A stretch of DNA of 64,000 nucleotides from Okamejei kenojei (lineage: Eukaryota). Below the pieces are notes generated by a model. That model was not told the DNA's origin, ran no database searches, and worked only from the letters and a program-made list of their open reading frames with translations. A program made the translations under genes and the position numbers. Below are positions 62,221 to 64,000 of this stretch, one piece after another. The stretch lies in contig CM069131.1 of NCBI GenBank assembly GCA_035221665.1, positions 149,730,001 through 149,794,000 on the forward strand. The letters run 5' to 3'. Within the stretch, counting starts at the first letter, position 1. The number at the start of each line of letters is the position of its first letter.

Positions 62221-64000
62221 CAATATTAACCAAAATTTTAGCCCATAGATTAAGTTTAGTGATTCATAAATTAATACACCCTGATCAAACAGGCTTTATT
62301 CCAAAACGTTATTCATATTATAATCTGAGACGATTATTTAACATTTATATACTCAAATAGAATAGCTAATGTAGACCTAGCTGTCATCTCGTTAGATGCT
62401 GAGAAAGCATTTGATCAAGTGAAATGGCCCTATTTATTTTCGGTGATGGAAAGAATTCAACTGGGTGAGAAGTTTTGCACATGGGTTAAGCTTTTATACT
62501 AACCCAACAACTAGAATAATGACAAATCAAATGTTATCAACAAAATTTGATTTATCTAAAGGTTGTAGACAAGGATGCCCGTTATCCCCGCAATTATTCT
62601 CCCTTGATATCGAACCACTAGCAGAAAGTGTTAGAGCACATCCAGAAATATACGGGTATAATACTAAAAATACAGTCAATAAAATCTCTCTATATGCAGA
62701 TGATATATTATTATATATTACAAACCCAGAAATCAGCATTCCAAACTTGTTAAATCTTAAAACTCAATTTGGTTTATTTTCGGGATATAGAATTAATTGG
62801 AATAAAAGTGAGATTATGCCAATAACGAATATTGCAACAGTCACCTTTTAAAATAGCCAATGAAAAATTTAAATATTTAGGAATTTATGTGACCAAGAAA
62901 TATATTTCTTTATTTAAATCAAATTTCATGCCTTTACTTAATAGATTACATAAGAATATTCAATGCTGGAAAACAGTTCTCATTTCAATGCTTGGTAGAA
63001 TTAATGCTATTAAAATGATTTTCCTTCCGCAATTACTATACCTTTTTCAATCAATTCCAATATATCTCCCCAAAAATTATTTTAAAAGGTTGACTCTATT
63101 GTGACAAGTCTTATTTGGGATTGTAAGAATCACAGAATAAGCAAAACACATTTATGCAAACCCAAGACGAATGGAGGATTGCATAAAAATTTCTCACCAA
63201 ATTTCTTATTCTATTTCTGGGCAGTCAATGTCAAAAATATGAATTTTTGGTTGGAAGATATGGATCAACAACCAGACTGGCTAACGATGGAAAAGATTGT
63301 CTGCCTTTTGAAATTGATCTGATTCTGTTAGCTCCCACAAAATTGAATAAAAAAATCTACAGTGAAAATCCAGTAATACATAGTGGTATTCAAATTTGGA
63401 AACAACTAAAAAAGACATAGAAATTGAATAATTTATCACTATCTCTCCCCATTGCAAATAATCCTTCACTTAAACCTTCAGTATTGGATAAAGGTTTTGT
63501 ACAATGGAAAAATTAAGGTATTAAAAAGATGGGACATCTTTATAGAAAAGGTACTTTCCTCTCGTTTCAGAAGTTACAACAGAATTAGGGATCACATTCA
63601 AATAATTTTTTAGATATTTACATCTTAAAGATTATGTTAAATCATTTACACAAGAATACAGAACAAGAGAGCCAGAGATTCTAGATGAATGTTTGAATAA
63701 ACACCCCAATACAGTCAAATTAATATCTTACATTTATAATGCTCTTTTAGATAGTGAGATTCCGTCGACGGAATTATATAGACAAGCATGTGAAAACGAA
63801 TTAGCTCAACCCATAATGAAAGATATTTGGGATGAAAGTCTACAACATATACATCAATGTTCGTTAAATGCCAGACATTCTTTAATACAATTTAAAGTAC
63901 TACATAGATTGCATTATTCTAAAACAAAATTAAATAGAATCTTTCCTAATATCTCTCCTACCTGTGATAAATGTCAATACTCTGCATCTAATTTAACCCA
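62221..64000 (+). mobile_element. L1-clade LINE ORF2 (RT to C-terminal zinc-finger region), frameshifted, runs off the window
   Basis: [58 protein letters not shown]. Confidence 0.93.

Overview
Vertebrate genomic DNA, very likely from a cartilaginous fish (skate/ray-like). This is inferred from the repeat content: HE1-type V-SINEs, HER1/CR1 LINEs and Penelope-derived elements. The window looks like a gene desert or very large intron, and I recognise no certain host exon. A large part is nested transposon debris: several CR1 families (one near full-length with an SGNH-esterase ORF1), Rex1/Babar, L2, RTE, RTEX and L1 LINEs, V-SINEs, an LF-SINE-like relic, three PIF/Harbinger-type MITEs, a Helitron-like GC-rich element and about 20 short Penelope-type elements carrying a minimal hammerhead ribozyme motif. 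Four things stand out. (1) A Harbinger-type element has two arms that both end inward in telomeric repeats and enclose about 1 kb of captured DNA. (2) The hammerhead-bearing elements occur as inverted pairs and as tandem ribozyme copies. (3) There is an unexplained 201-codon open frame in unique AT-rich DNA. (4) Several templated-insertion and fold-back repair scars are present. All family names were assigned by eye from remembered motifs; no searches were run, and boundaries of old elements are approximate.
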